Positions 22,541 through 33,498 of a stretch of 64,000 bases of DNA are shown one piece after another (position 1 is the stretch's first letter; every line of letters starts with the position of its first letter). A model generated the notes under the pieces. The model was not told where the DNA came from, made no database searches, and was given only the letters and a program-made list of their open reading frames with translations. Source of the stretch: Entomortierella parvispora E1425. Taxonomy: Eukaryota; Fungi; Mortierellomycota. The DNA is taken from positions 62,001-126,000 of the forward strand of contig BQFW01000005.1 in NCBI GenBank assembly GCA_020891255.1, written 5' to 3'. Position numbers and translations under genes: made by a program.

Positions 22541-24568
22541 ATGAGCTGGCAAGTGCACCATCGATATTCTCTCGGGCTCTTGTCGCGGTGTGATCGCTAG
22601 ACCAGGGTCTGACTTGCAGACTACCTTCTCTCGTTTCTTGGACTCATAGGAAAGGATTTACCAAAGCCGTCTCGAGGTTGCCCCATACACTCTCGACAAA
22701 GACTGGCATTCGCGATGGTAAAGGCTGATCTGTCGAGGTTTTCTCTGCTTTTGAATGACCACCGAGAGAGTTCCACAGTCCGTGCGCTCAATCTTGTCAT
22801 CCACGCCACTGTTTTGCTCACTCGTCATTGTGATCTACTGTAGAAACAACCGATGTTGAGTTCAGAGAACTGAACAACAAGTTCGCGGCCTGCGAGGGTT
22901 CCACAGCTCTTCTTCTCACAGAAATCTGCAAGTTCCGCGATAATATCACTGGTAAAACGATGAGACAGTCAATCGTGAAGGTCAGAAGCTATTCGATGGT
23001 ACCAGTGGTGCAAGGTTCTCACTCTTTCGATTGTTTTCTTTTGCAACAGCCATGTTGAACCACCAGGCAGAGTTTGGCATTATTCTGGCCGAAATTTATG
23101 ATCCCTCAATCGGAATGCCCGCGGGAGAGGTCACGCCTCGACGGACTCCGACTGCGCCAGAGTCTGTCCAGGCTGTCGATGATTTCCAGGCTTCAATGAG
23201 GGAGACTCGAGACATTTTGTTGCCGTTGGTGGATAGACTAGAGATGACGGTTGTGCGACCGCTTACCGAGATGCAAACCAACATGAAGCTCATCCGTAGA
23301 ACAATCACCAAGCGAGATCACAAACTTGTCGACTATGACCGCTTCAGAATCTCACTCAAAAAGTTGCAGGACAAGAAGGAAAGGACGCTCAGCGACGAAA
23401 AAAGTATCTACAAGGTAACCATGTCAATCCCGTCTTGGAAAAGGCTCTCAAGAAGCGGTATGCTGATAAACTCTTTGCCGTGACTCTAACGCGATCTATT
23501 CCCCTCGTCTCCTGTAGCTTGAGTCCCAGCTCGAGGTCGCCACCGCGGACTACGAGGGTTTGAACGGACTCTTGCGAGAGGAACTTCCAGGATTCTTTTA
23601 CTATCGGACCCAAATGATGGAACCCATCTTCCACTCTTTGTACTATTTGCAGCTACAGATCTATAACATCCTACTGGAAAGAATTGAGCCGCTTTCCAGA
23701 AGTGGATATTATAACCTCACAATGGACGTGCTCAGTGGATATGAAGCAAGAAAGCCCGAGATTGCCCCAACGATAGAGTCCGTTGAGCTCATTACAAAGA
23801 GATCCGTCACAGCTAGTAAGGATCAATTGCACTTTTCTATATCACTGGCAGTAGATGATGATTAACGAGGTACCTCGTTCTATAGCATACACGAGCAAAT
23901 ATGGCAGACCATCCCACGATGCACCTTCCGCAGAGAGCGCCTATGGTGCACCTGCTTTTGGAGCAGCAGCGCAAGATCAGCAGGGATACTCACCTCCTGC
24001 TCCTGCAGCAAAGCCTTGGCAAGCCGCAGCCGCCAGCACGGGTTCAGTGCCTGGAGCAAAGCCGTGGCAGACGGGCGGCCTCGCAGCCTCGCAGGCAGGA
24101 GCCAAGCCATGGCAAACCGGGTCAAGATCAACTCCGTCATCAGCACCACCTCCAGCCTACAACGCTGTTGCCCCCCCTGCACCGGCCCCCCCAGCCCCAG
24201 CAGCCAATTCACGGTACAACGATGTTAATATTCACTTGGCACCATCGATTTCGGGGACAATTGCTGCCACTGCGGCTGCAGCTGCAACGTCTCATGCGAT
24301 CAACAGCTTCAACAGTGGACTGCGAGATATGCAGGCGCAAGCAGCGGCCAAGAAAGGGCCTCCTCCACCTGTTCCCAAGCGTATTGGAGGTGCACCCACT
24401 GCCGTGGCGCTTTATGATTACGATGCACAGCAAGACGGCGATTTGAGCTTCCGCAAGGATGACAGGATCGAGATTATCCAGCGAGGATCGGGTACGAACG
24501 AGTGGTGGACAGGCAAGCTGAACGGCCGTCAGGGCGTGTTCCCTGGCAACTATGTCCAAGAGATCTGA
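22541..24568 (+). CDS. RVS167: Amphiphysin-like N-BAR + GPA linker + SH3 protein
   Basis: MSW|KGFTKAVSRLPH (GC-AG intron 22549-22649); RDHKLVDYDRF; SH3 AVALYDYDAQQDGDLSFRKDDRIEII..EWWTGKLNGRQGVFPGNYVQ. Confidence 0.93.
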
Positions 24569-24776
24569 AGAGCCAAAAATTAGAATAAAAAATCTCGAAT
24601 AGTTGTGACTGTTGTTCCATTGCGTTCTCAACTTCTCGACAGGCAGGCGGTTCCTTGAGTCGCTCTCCTATTCCTTGCATGCCTTGCCACACACCATCTT
24701 TTCTCATTCGTCATTTCAATCTCCTTCATTCTTACGGTCGACCCCTGTTCTCTAACACCCCACATTCCTCGACATC

Positions 24777-26482
24777 ATGGCAACTCTTGCTGGTGTGTCT
24801 GGGCAATACAGCAAAAAGAGCTCAGGTAAAGAGCGCTACTCCCTTCAGTATCTCTAATGGTCTTCCCAACGCCTGACAACAATGCCACCTTTTACTGGGC
24901 ATTCGTTGGTGCCTGCTCTTCCGTCTCTTTCGTCTTGTTCAAGCACATCCAAACAACATGACTAACGAGTCGTGTGTTTCTCAATTCAGCCGTGAAACGG
25001 ATTATGCAGGAGGCCCGAGAGTTGGTCAAGGAACCCTCAACAGATTTTGCCGCCAATCCTCTTGAGGTATGGAAAGCAAAAACATAATTGACATTGGCGG
25101 GAGCAATTCCCTTCTTCTACTGGATGGCAATGGCAATGATGAACGAAATCTCTTTGAGGCATGAAGATTGCCCCTGATGACCTTTTCACGTCCTCTGAGC
25201 TATTGACTGCATTTCTTGCAACACATGAAGTGCTTCGCCCGAGAACTAATTTTTTTTGGGTCTCTGCTGTGTTTGAAAAAAAATATGGTAGACGGACATC
25301 TTTGAGTGGCACTTTACGATTCGTGGACCTGAGGAAACAGACTTCGAGGGTGGGCTGTACCATGGTCGTATCCTTCTTCCAAACAACTATCCGTTCGCTC
25401 CGCCCAGTCTGATGTTCTTGACGGTAAGTGTTTTAGGAGATTTTTAACAAAGAAAAAAATAGAAAAAGACTTGATTCTGGCCAACAAATATTCATAGCGT
25501 GCTCTCCAAATATAGCCCAATGGACGGTTTGAGCTGAACAAGAAAGTATGCCTGAGTATCACAGGATACCACCCCGAATACTGGCAACCAGCATGGGGAA
25601 TCCGGACAGTCCTGGTTGCTGTCATGGGTTTTCTCCCCACGGAGAGCAAAGGCGCAATTGGAGGTTTGGACACCAGTGTCCAAGCCCGCAAAGTGCTCGC
25701 CATCAAGTAAGTTGATGCAGCATCGTGAATTATTAATTGGCACAGGTCTGCTGTTGGCGTGTAGTGCTCCCATTGAAGGAGCACAAAAAACAACGTGCTC
25801 ATATTGTTTACTTAATTTTTACCACGCCTTGCCAATTTTCTACAATTTTTCTTCATCGATCCTAACCACTTGTGTACACTTGTATTTTATGAATGTTAGA
25901 TCCAAGAATTGGACATGCCCGACCTGTCATTTGGAGAATGTGGAGATTTTGCCGGATGTGGCTCCAGAGAACGTGGTAAAGGCGTCCCTGAAGGCAGACG
26001 AAATGCCACCAGAGTTTTCCTTTGGATATGAGGCCGACAAGAAGAAACAGCAGGAAAAGGATACTGCTGAAGCAGACAGCAAGGAAAAGGCCTCAAAGGA
26101 TGAAGGCTCCTCGACGACCTCCGCACAAAAGTCGGACATAGTCTCGACACATCAGCAGCCAGCAACGCAAAACCCCTCACCTTCCAATACAGCAAAATCT
26201 CCAGTGCAGGATCCTCCGCGGGCGGCGAGCAGTTCGACTCATCCCCACCACCATCATCATCATCACCATCATCATCATCCTCAACATCACGGAGCACCGA
26301 CAGCTATTTCCACACGGATTTCACAACCAACAACAGCCGCAGCAGGAGCAGGAGCAGCGGCACAGGCTCAGGCACAAATATTGACGCGACAAGCAGATTC
26401 TAGCATTCCTATCTGGTTAGATGCGTTGATTCTCGGGTTTGGTGGCATTCTGGTGGCGCTGATCATCCGTCGGTTCTTATGA
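24777..26482 (+). CDS. UBE2J1: ER tail-anchored ubiquitin-conjugating enzyme E2 J1 / Ubc6-type
   Basis: AVKRIMQEARE, IFEWHFTIRGP, YHGRILLPNNYPFAPPSLMFLTPNGRFELNKKVCLSITGYHPEYWQPAWGIRT (catalytic Cys); C-terminal TM IWLDALILGFGGILVALII. Confidence 0.93.
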
Positions 26483-26557
26483 GGCAAAATTACGTAGACT
26501 TGGTGCCACAAAGACACAATTACGGCTGCAATAAATACCAAAAGTCTCTCTTCATTA

Positions 26558-28555
26558 TCAATGGTATCCAAGGGCATGTTCGTCTATGGGCTGGACCTCG
26601 AACTTTCTTGCCTCCAATGTCGTCCCATGTTCTATATTTTCTTCATAGTTGTGGTGACGGTTTCTCATGGAGTAGGCTGAGATTCTCATGCCATTGGTCC
26701 TTCCGGAATCCATGTCCATGACATTCACATGGGCGAACTGATCGCAAGAATAACGCTTGATCCTCACTCGGATTCGTGGAACGCCTTTGGGAGCCGGCGC
26801 GATGCCTGTTAGCTCTATCGAGCCCTCAAATATATTTTGGCTTGTCTGTTCTGCATCCCCTCGAAAGACTCGAATAATTACCCGATCCTGGTTATCCATC
26901 GTGGTGGAAAATGTGTGTGGTCTGTTGTGGATATATGGATAATCTTCCGATGTGAGCTTGAACATTGCTCCGCCTGCGGTCTCGATGCCAAAGGATTGGG
27001 GAATAGCCCCTGTACAACAACGGTAGCCATCAAAGTACTCTTCATCATAGAGCCAGTGGCCAAGTTTAGTCACACCCAAAAGAACAGTGTTTTCCGGATG
27101 ATGCAATCCATGGTATTTTTGTTGGTGGCCAAAGTACTCTCGGACGGCCGACTGAAGGAACGGAATGTTGGCGGATCCACCAGAGAAAATGATATCTTTG
27201 ATGTCGTCCTTAGTCTGGAAGAGAGTGTCCTCGATCGCCCGATCGATTGCCTTGATGGTCTTTGCAAAGAGATCCTTGTTGAGCTCCTCGAATTGCAATC
27301 TAGTCAACTCTTCGGATAGACCTTGACCTTTGTGGTGGGGGGACTCGACTTTGATCCAGACCGAGTCATCGGTAGAGAGAACTCTCTTGGCCCTTTCGAC
27401 CTCTGTTTCTAGTTGAGCCATAAATGTGTTGTCACTGGCAAGGTCATGACCCGTCTTGTTCTTGTGCGCCAGAAGGACATGGTCGACCGCGCGTCGATTA
27501 AGGTCGTTTCCACCCAGATGTGGATCATAGACAGACGACAAAGTAATATACTTTCCATCACGCACTTTGCGGATTGAGACCTCGAGCGAAGAGGCACCAA
27601 GGCGATAGATAAGGACGGCTCGTTCATATTCCATGCCGTCGTCAAAAGGAAATATGGCAGCAGAGGTTTTCCTAAAAAACTTTGTATCTCCTACGGGGTA
27701 CGCGGCTTTCTCCATCGCTACTCGCTCCATCCCCCAATCGTCGAATCCACCAACATGCACGATATCACTGTAAGTGTATTTTCCCTTGTGCCCGTGATCG
27801 GGGATCCTTCCCACGGATTTCATGTTTTGGCCATCGGGCAAGACAACTGCAACAGCGTCGATACTATGGTTGGTGATCGATCCTGCCAGTGCTTTCAGTT
27901 CGTTCAGGTATTTGGTGGTGATATCGACGAGGGTGAATGCCTGGTATCCAGGAATCGTGGGCCTGTCGTCAACTATACTATGGCCAAAGATCGATGCTGA
28001 CAGTGCTTCCAGTTCCTCCAGGAGGGTGAAATCGATGACGGGAATCATGGGCTCTTTGTGATATTTAGATTGAGAACGCAACGCGAATGAATGGCCAATG
28101 TTGAAGAGTGTGTTGAAGGGGTGCACATAAAGTGCTTCCTCCACGTCATCCTTGACTAGCAGGTATCCCTCTTTTGTCCAGTTGGACACGGCTGGCCCGG
28201 GGGCGGAGTGTGTTCCTGGGCCAGTCCAAATGATTTTTGGGTCGCCATTCCTACCAAAGGCGGGTTCGTTTTCCCCAGTGAGAACACTCATTCGAGCAGA
28301 ACTGGAGCCAACCTCTAGATGATATAACATGAGAAACATAATATATGAGAATCGTTGTCTATTACCGAGAATGAATCACTCAATGAAACCAAGAGGAGAA
28401 GAAAGACAGGAGTTGTAGGGGGTTTCCTTACCAATGCCTAGAGTCGTGTGGACACCTTCTGGTTGATAGGCAGAGACGGTTGCAAAGGACAGGAGAACGA
28501 TCATGGTCAAAGTAACCAGGACTGAAAACAGTCCTAGCCTGTTTGCCTTTTTCAT
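26558..28555 (-). CDS. Degenerate secreted Hsp70-like protein (626 aa)
   Basis: Exon 28432-28555 (signal peptide MKKANRLGLFSVLVTLTMIVLLSFATVSA) plus exon 26558-28314. Hsp70 landmarks: HLGGNDL, LETEVERAKRVLS, GGSANIP, SFGIETAGG, DNQDRVIIRVF, ELTGIAPAPKGVP. Confidence 0.85.
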
Positions 28556-28735
28556 TTTTTGTTTTTTCTGGGATGGGGGAAGAGTGAAGGAGACGCAGGC
28601 ATGACAGAAAAAGAGAAATAGAGAAAAAGTAGGAGTTGTTAAAGTAGAGAGTTGTTTCCGAGCTCTCTTACGTTTTCAATTCGTCTTGGCCCACGACTTG
28701 TGTCATCCTCTTTTTTCTTGTACCCGGCTTCTGTT

Positions 28736-28736
<1 letters not shown>

Positions 28737-28816
<80 letters not shown>
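28737..28816. repeat. (CT)40 microsatellite
   Basis: 80 nt of uninterrupted CT dinucleotide about 180 nt upstream of the Hsp70-like ATG. Confidence 0.98.
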
Positions 28817-28818
<2 letters not shown>

Positions 28819-29320
28819 CGTCTTGTTCCCAGTATGTAGCAAAGGTACTACTGGTGAGCCATATCGGTGGCCCCCGCCCTCTTTTGACTTGAGAGGCCAA
28901 AAGGTGGTCATTTTGAAAGAAAAGATGACATGCTATAGACTCTCGAAAAACCTTTGTGAGAAGCCTCAGTCGCTTGCTAGCTTTGGGAAGATCGCCACAT
29001 AAAATGAACTTGGAGTGAACCATGTCCCAATGGACAGCCTTGTAGGTACTTCATTTCCAGGTGACAGACTTCAAGATCTTTTTTTTTATTATTATAATGT
29101 CGCTCCTACGGAACAGACAAGGGCGACGTGAAGGAGAATGAGAATGGCGGGGCAAGGGGTATGGGCTTCATTCTCACTTTATCATATACTTTTTTTGTCT
29201 TTTTTTCATATGTTGGCCTCGTGGGGTTTGACGAGTGGTATTCATTAACGTGTTAGAAGATGAAGAGTCCTTCAATGACGCACAAAAGTGCAGACACCTG
29301 GAACAGGAAGAAGGGAACCA

Positions 29321-31521
29321 TTAGCGGGGTCCTCCGATGGTGAACGAGGTGCGATAGTTGGGATGGATCTTTCGCGTGAATGCGGCTGTGGCAGGAGCTG
29401 TGGGTGTAGGGGAAACAGGCTCAGACAACAACTGCTCCTCAATTCGCTTTTGTTCCTGTTCCTCCTGTGCCTGTTCTTCATTGGCCTGCTCCTGCTGGAT
29501 AGCCAACTTCTCCAAAGCCCGGAGTTCAGCTTCATGTTCATCTGACAATGTGGCCGCCTTCAACTCCTCCTGTTGCTGTTGGTGGCGTTCCAATTCGGCT
29601 TCAATCACAGAAGGCTCCAAAACGTATTCCTCTGCAACGACTTGGGTCTCTTCTTGTGTCTTCTCTGGTTGCTGAGCAGCCTTGACGGGTTCCTGGGGTG
29701 CGCCAAAGATATTATGACTCGTCTTTTTATAGGTTCTCTGAGGAGCTTGAGCAACAGGGGCCGTGGGAGCCTTTGAGAAAATGGATGAGGTCAAAGCTGG
29801 GTGACCCTTGGGCTTGACATAGTCTGCACGCCAGCCAGCGCCACGCTCCTCGTCCTGCAATTGCTGCTCCTGCTGTCTCGAGGCACGGTTGGAGGGCTGA
29901 GCGGGTTGCTCCTGTTGCTTAAGATGGCTGAACACAGTCGAGGTAAGGGCAGGATGACCCTTCTTTGTGGCGGGAGCTGGAGCGGTGGCCATGGATTGGT
30001 ACTGCAGGGCAGTGTCATCATTACCGCTGCTCTGCACTCTGCGGCGGTTTCCATATGTATCATCGTCATCATCATCGGTTCTCTGGGTCTTCAAATGGTT
30101 GAACAAGGTCGATGTCAACGCAGGATGTCCTTTCTTGACTGGTGCATTCACCACTGGGGTAGGGGACGAAGCAGATCTGGTGGCAAGAGATTCGTCCGAA
30201 GTCGAGGGACTGAGGGGGATGGAGGTAGTACGCAGGCTAGTGGTCGTTTCCAAAGGTGCATCCTTGTACTGACTGAAAATTGTCGAAGTTAAGGCGGGGT
30301 GTCCTTTTCGCTGTTGCTGGACAGGGCCTGCATCCTGGGAAGGAGAAACGGGAGGTGTCGCCTGGAAGATCTTGGAAATCTAACAAGGGAGGAAAACAAG
30401 GAGGTGTCTCAATTTTAGCAGGGTTCTCCCAATGTATCCTCGAGAAAGAGATCGGCAGTTATGTTTTTCTTACTCCAGTCTGAGGACGACGGCCAGAAGT
30501 GTCAGTAACATTGCCAAAGGGGTTCAAACGGAATCGAGTTGGACTCCTGAGAGCATCGACCTGAGTCTCGGCTACAATGGGCCAGGATTGACGATTGCCG
30601 ATCAAGCGGACCATCTTGAGGACACTAGCATTGTCCCATACATAACGAACACTGGCAATACGATCCTCAGCAAAGGATGCGCAAATGACCTATTTTGGAT
30701 TCAAAACATGTCAGTGACGATCCCTATGAATGAGGATTGATTCTCCACTTTTGCTCCCGCATGGATTCTCTACAGCTGATTGATCTCCGTTGCCTAAGAG
30801 CTCTCAGAGACGGGTCCCTTTTGCTGACCAACAAATAATATGAACGATCGTTTGTTGCTCAACGGTCCAGGTGCATGTTGGGGTTTGGGTCGAGACAATT
30901 TAAAACTTGGAGGGAAAATATGCATGATGCAAGCACCATGTCCTACTCCGCGCTGCTCTGTTGTTTCTGAAGAGTGGCCCATGTCCTCATGTCTCCATGG
31001 ATGCTTCATATCTTTCTTTTCCTGTCCTGTGCTCTGCTTCTGTGGTCTTGTTTATGTCATCGGAGGGTGGGGGACTTTTTCACGCTATCCGTGCCATTGC
31101 ACATGAACAAAAACCACCTCTCTCACCCTTCAAACTTCTCAGCTCCCTCTCCCCCCCTTAGCCCTTGTTATGGACAGGTTTCTTTCCTTACCATGGGGAA
31201 CGTAACTGTCAGATCCTCCAAATGATGAGGTTCAATTCCAGGAAGGAGCCATCCTCCTGCACCTGAAACAAACTTGACGGTCACCTCGACTTCATCGACT
31301 GCTGAGGATTCGCCTACGGTGCGATGGATGACCGTTTCCTCGACAGCCAGCTTTTTGGGGTGCGAGAACCCTCCGACCTGATAGAACTCACGGACGTACT
31401 TCTCTCCAGCGGCACCGGCTCCAGTAGGCAGGAAGACGATATGGGCGTCCGATTGGAAGAGCTCGGGTGCGGAGGGATCAGAGCGGAAGGCGTCCCAAAG
31501 AAGAGCTTGAGGGCTTGCCAT
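29321..31521 (-). CDS. NTF2/SnoaL-like domain fused to a disordered tail with four KGHPALTS repeats (534 aa)
   Basis: Exons 31192-31521, 30474-30689, 29321-30379, all GT-AG and in frame. HIVFLPTGAGAAG, HRTVGESSAVDEV, WLLPGIEP, RYVWDNASVL, WPIVAETQ resemble SnoaL/ester-cyclase-like NTF2 domains. Confidence 0.8.
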
Positions 31522-32456
31522 GGTTGCGATGGTCGATGAGGTTGAAGGTTTAATGGAATGGAATGAGAGGGGACTCACGTAGAGGAATGAGTGGAGGAGA
31601 CAAGAGATGAATGAGTATGTTGTCTGTTGACGTTACTCTATTTTTCACTGGAGGGAAGGGAGTGAAGGGAAAGGAGTGAGGAAGGAAAGAAGAAAACGAA
31701 ATTGCAGCAATAAAGGCACGTTTTGGGCGGGAACAGCAAACGAGTCAACACGAGCAAAGTATCTCCGTGAGAAGGATGAAGACCAGGCCCTGTTCGTTGT
31801 CCCCCTGTGAAGCGATGACGGACAGAGGGGTGGCAGAGTCAAGTGTGGGTGGGCAGCGCGCGTTCACAACACCGTTTTGATTGAGTTGAGCGAAATTGAA
31901 TTGCTCTCATTTTGTGTCCCTGGCCCGAGTGAAAAATGAACGGGCGAGCCCTTCTTTTGGTTCAAGGCTTGTCTTTTGGGCTTGCAGTGGGAGGGCATGT
32001 CTGCTTTGGATGTGGTTGTCTGCAGCAAGGACTCACGCGCGCGCTCGGGGTCAATACCACGTTAGGAGGACCCTGCTCGCTACGCGGCAATTGCACGCTA
32101 TGGTCCAGAGGAACGCGTTCAGTAATACCGCTATCCTGTCCATGTAAACCAAGGAAATAGGGGTTGGAAGAGTAACTGACTATAGTGAAAACAATTTGTC
32201 GAGCTCAAAACCACTCTGTTCAGTTTTCATTCCCAAGACACTGTAAAAAGTCCATCATTTGGTTGGCTTGAGCTCAAAAGTACGCCTTCTCCCACGAATC
32301 TCTAAAGTATCCGGCTGTCAAAGATTTTTAATCGCAAATTGTACAACTAACAATCGGAATGTTGGAGGTGTCGTCGTGGTTCGATCCAGTGGGTTCCATG
32401 AAGGCTGTGTTGGTTTTTATATTTCTGTTGTTCATTTTCGTGATATCCCAACGATT

Positions 32457-33244
32457 CTATGCGCGGGATGGTGGGGACACCTACAAATAAGATTGCAAAA
32501 AAACACATGATATTAGCTTACAGGAAATCAAGAAAATTCTTCAAGATCCTACACCCCGACTTACCAAGATCACACCGTCTCCACGAACAAAAAGCATCTC
32601 GCAGTTCCTCTTGACGATCTATCAATATGAGATAGAAGATGGTATAAGGGTCAGAAAGGGCGAAAGGGTTCAGTAGGCAATTCGCAATGCCCTAGTTGGC
32701 TCAACAGTTGATGTCCCTGTTCCTCAGAGGGGTTTCTCCTCAAGTATCTCGATCCTCAATGCCGGTGTTGAGCGTAACTTCCATGAAGCAAGCATGAAGG
32801 CATCCGCTTTGGTCCAGTTGAAACCGACTTCACTGGCCAATGCCGCTCCATTGTAATCTCTCCTATGATATAGAGAGCCGACTTACTCTAATAACCTCCT
32901 CAAGCGTCTCATCGTTGACATCGACGACGGTGATTGTCTCTTCCACATCGCCCAAGACCATGTTCAGATGTCCATCGTAAGCCTAGTTCAGTTGAAAAAG
33001 GACCGCATTCAATATTAGTTTTCGTCCAATGCTCTTTAGTCCTGCAGCATAGATCTCTGATGTATTCGATGTCCAGCCATGAGACAGCCACAGGAGTACT
33101 GGCTTTGCGGGTCCTTACGTGAAGCTTTCCACGCAATTCACGATCGCCACGGAGCTTGACATAGATGCGCTCGTCTAATGAGAGTCTGACAAGATCAAGG
33201 GGTTCCTCGATGCCGGCGCTTTCCAGTGGTGCGTGTTCGTCCAT
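32457..33244 (-). CDS. LSM3: U6 snRNA-associated Sm-like protein LSm3
   Basis: Exons 33119-33244, 32887-32982, 32565-32618, 32457-32480 give 99 aa: [60 protein letters not shown]. Confidence 0.96.
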
Positions 33245-33498
33245 GTTGTGTAGAGTTGTGGATGGGAGGGGTGAAGTGATGTACAGACAGAGCAAGGGTG
33301 ACCAGGTTGCATGTCGCATGCAATGGCACCAGGACAGGACAGGACAGGACAGGACAGAGCCAAGATTCAGTTAAGGGGCCCAGAGAGCGGGAGATGGACG
33401 AATCGCACGGGCTGCGGTTGAATCCTCGGCGGGCACTTAGTGGCCGTGGCTCTGCGTTCCTCTGGGTCCTCCTCTTTTTACATTCTAATCAACACATC

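Noticed and set aside
28639-29023. ERERER / SLSLSL ORFs
   Set aside because: Translation artefacts of the (CT)40 microsatellite.
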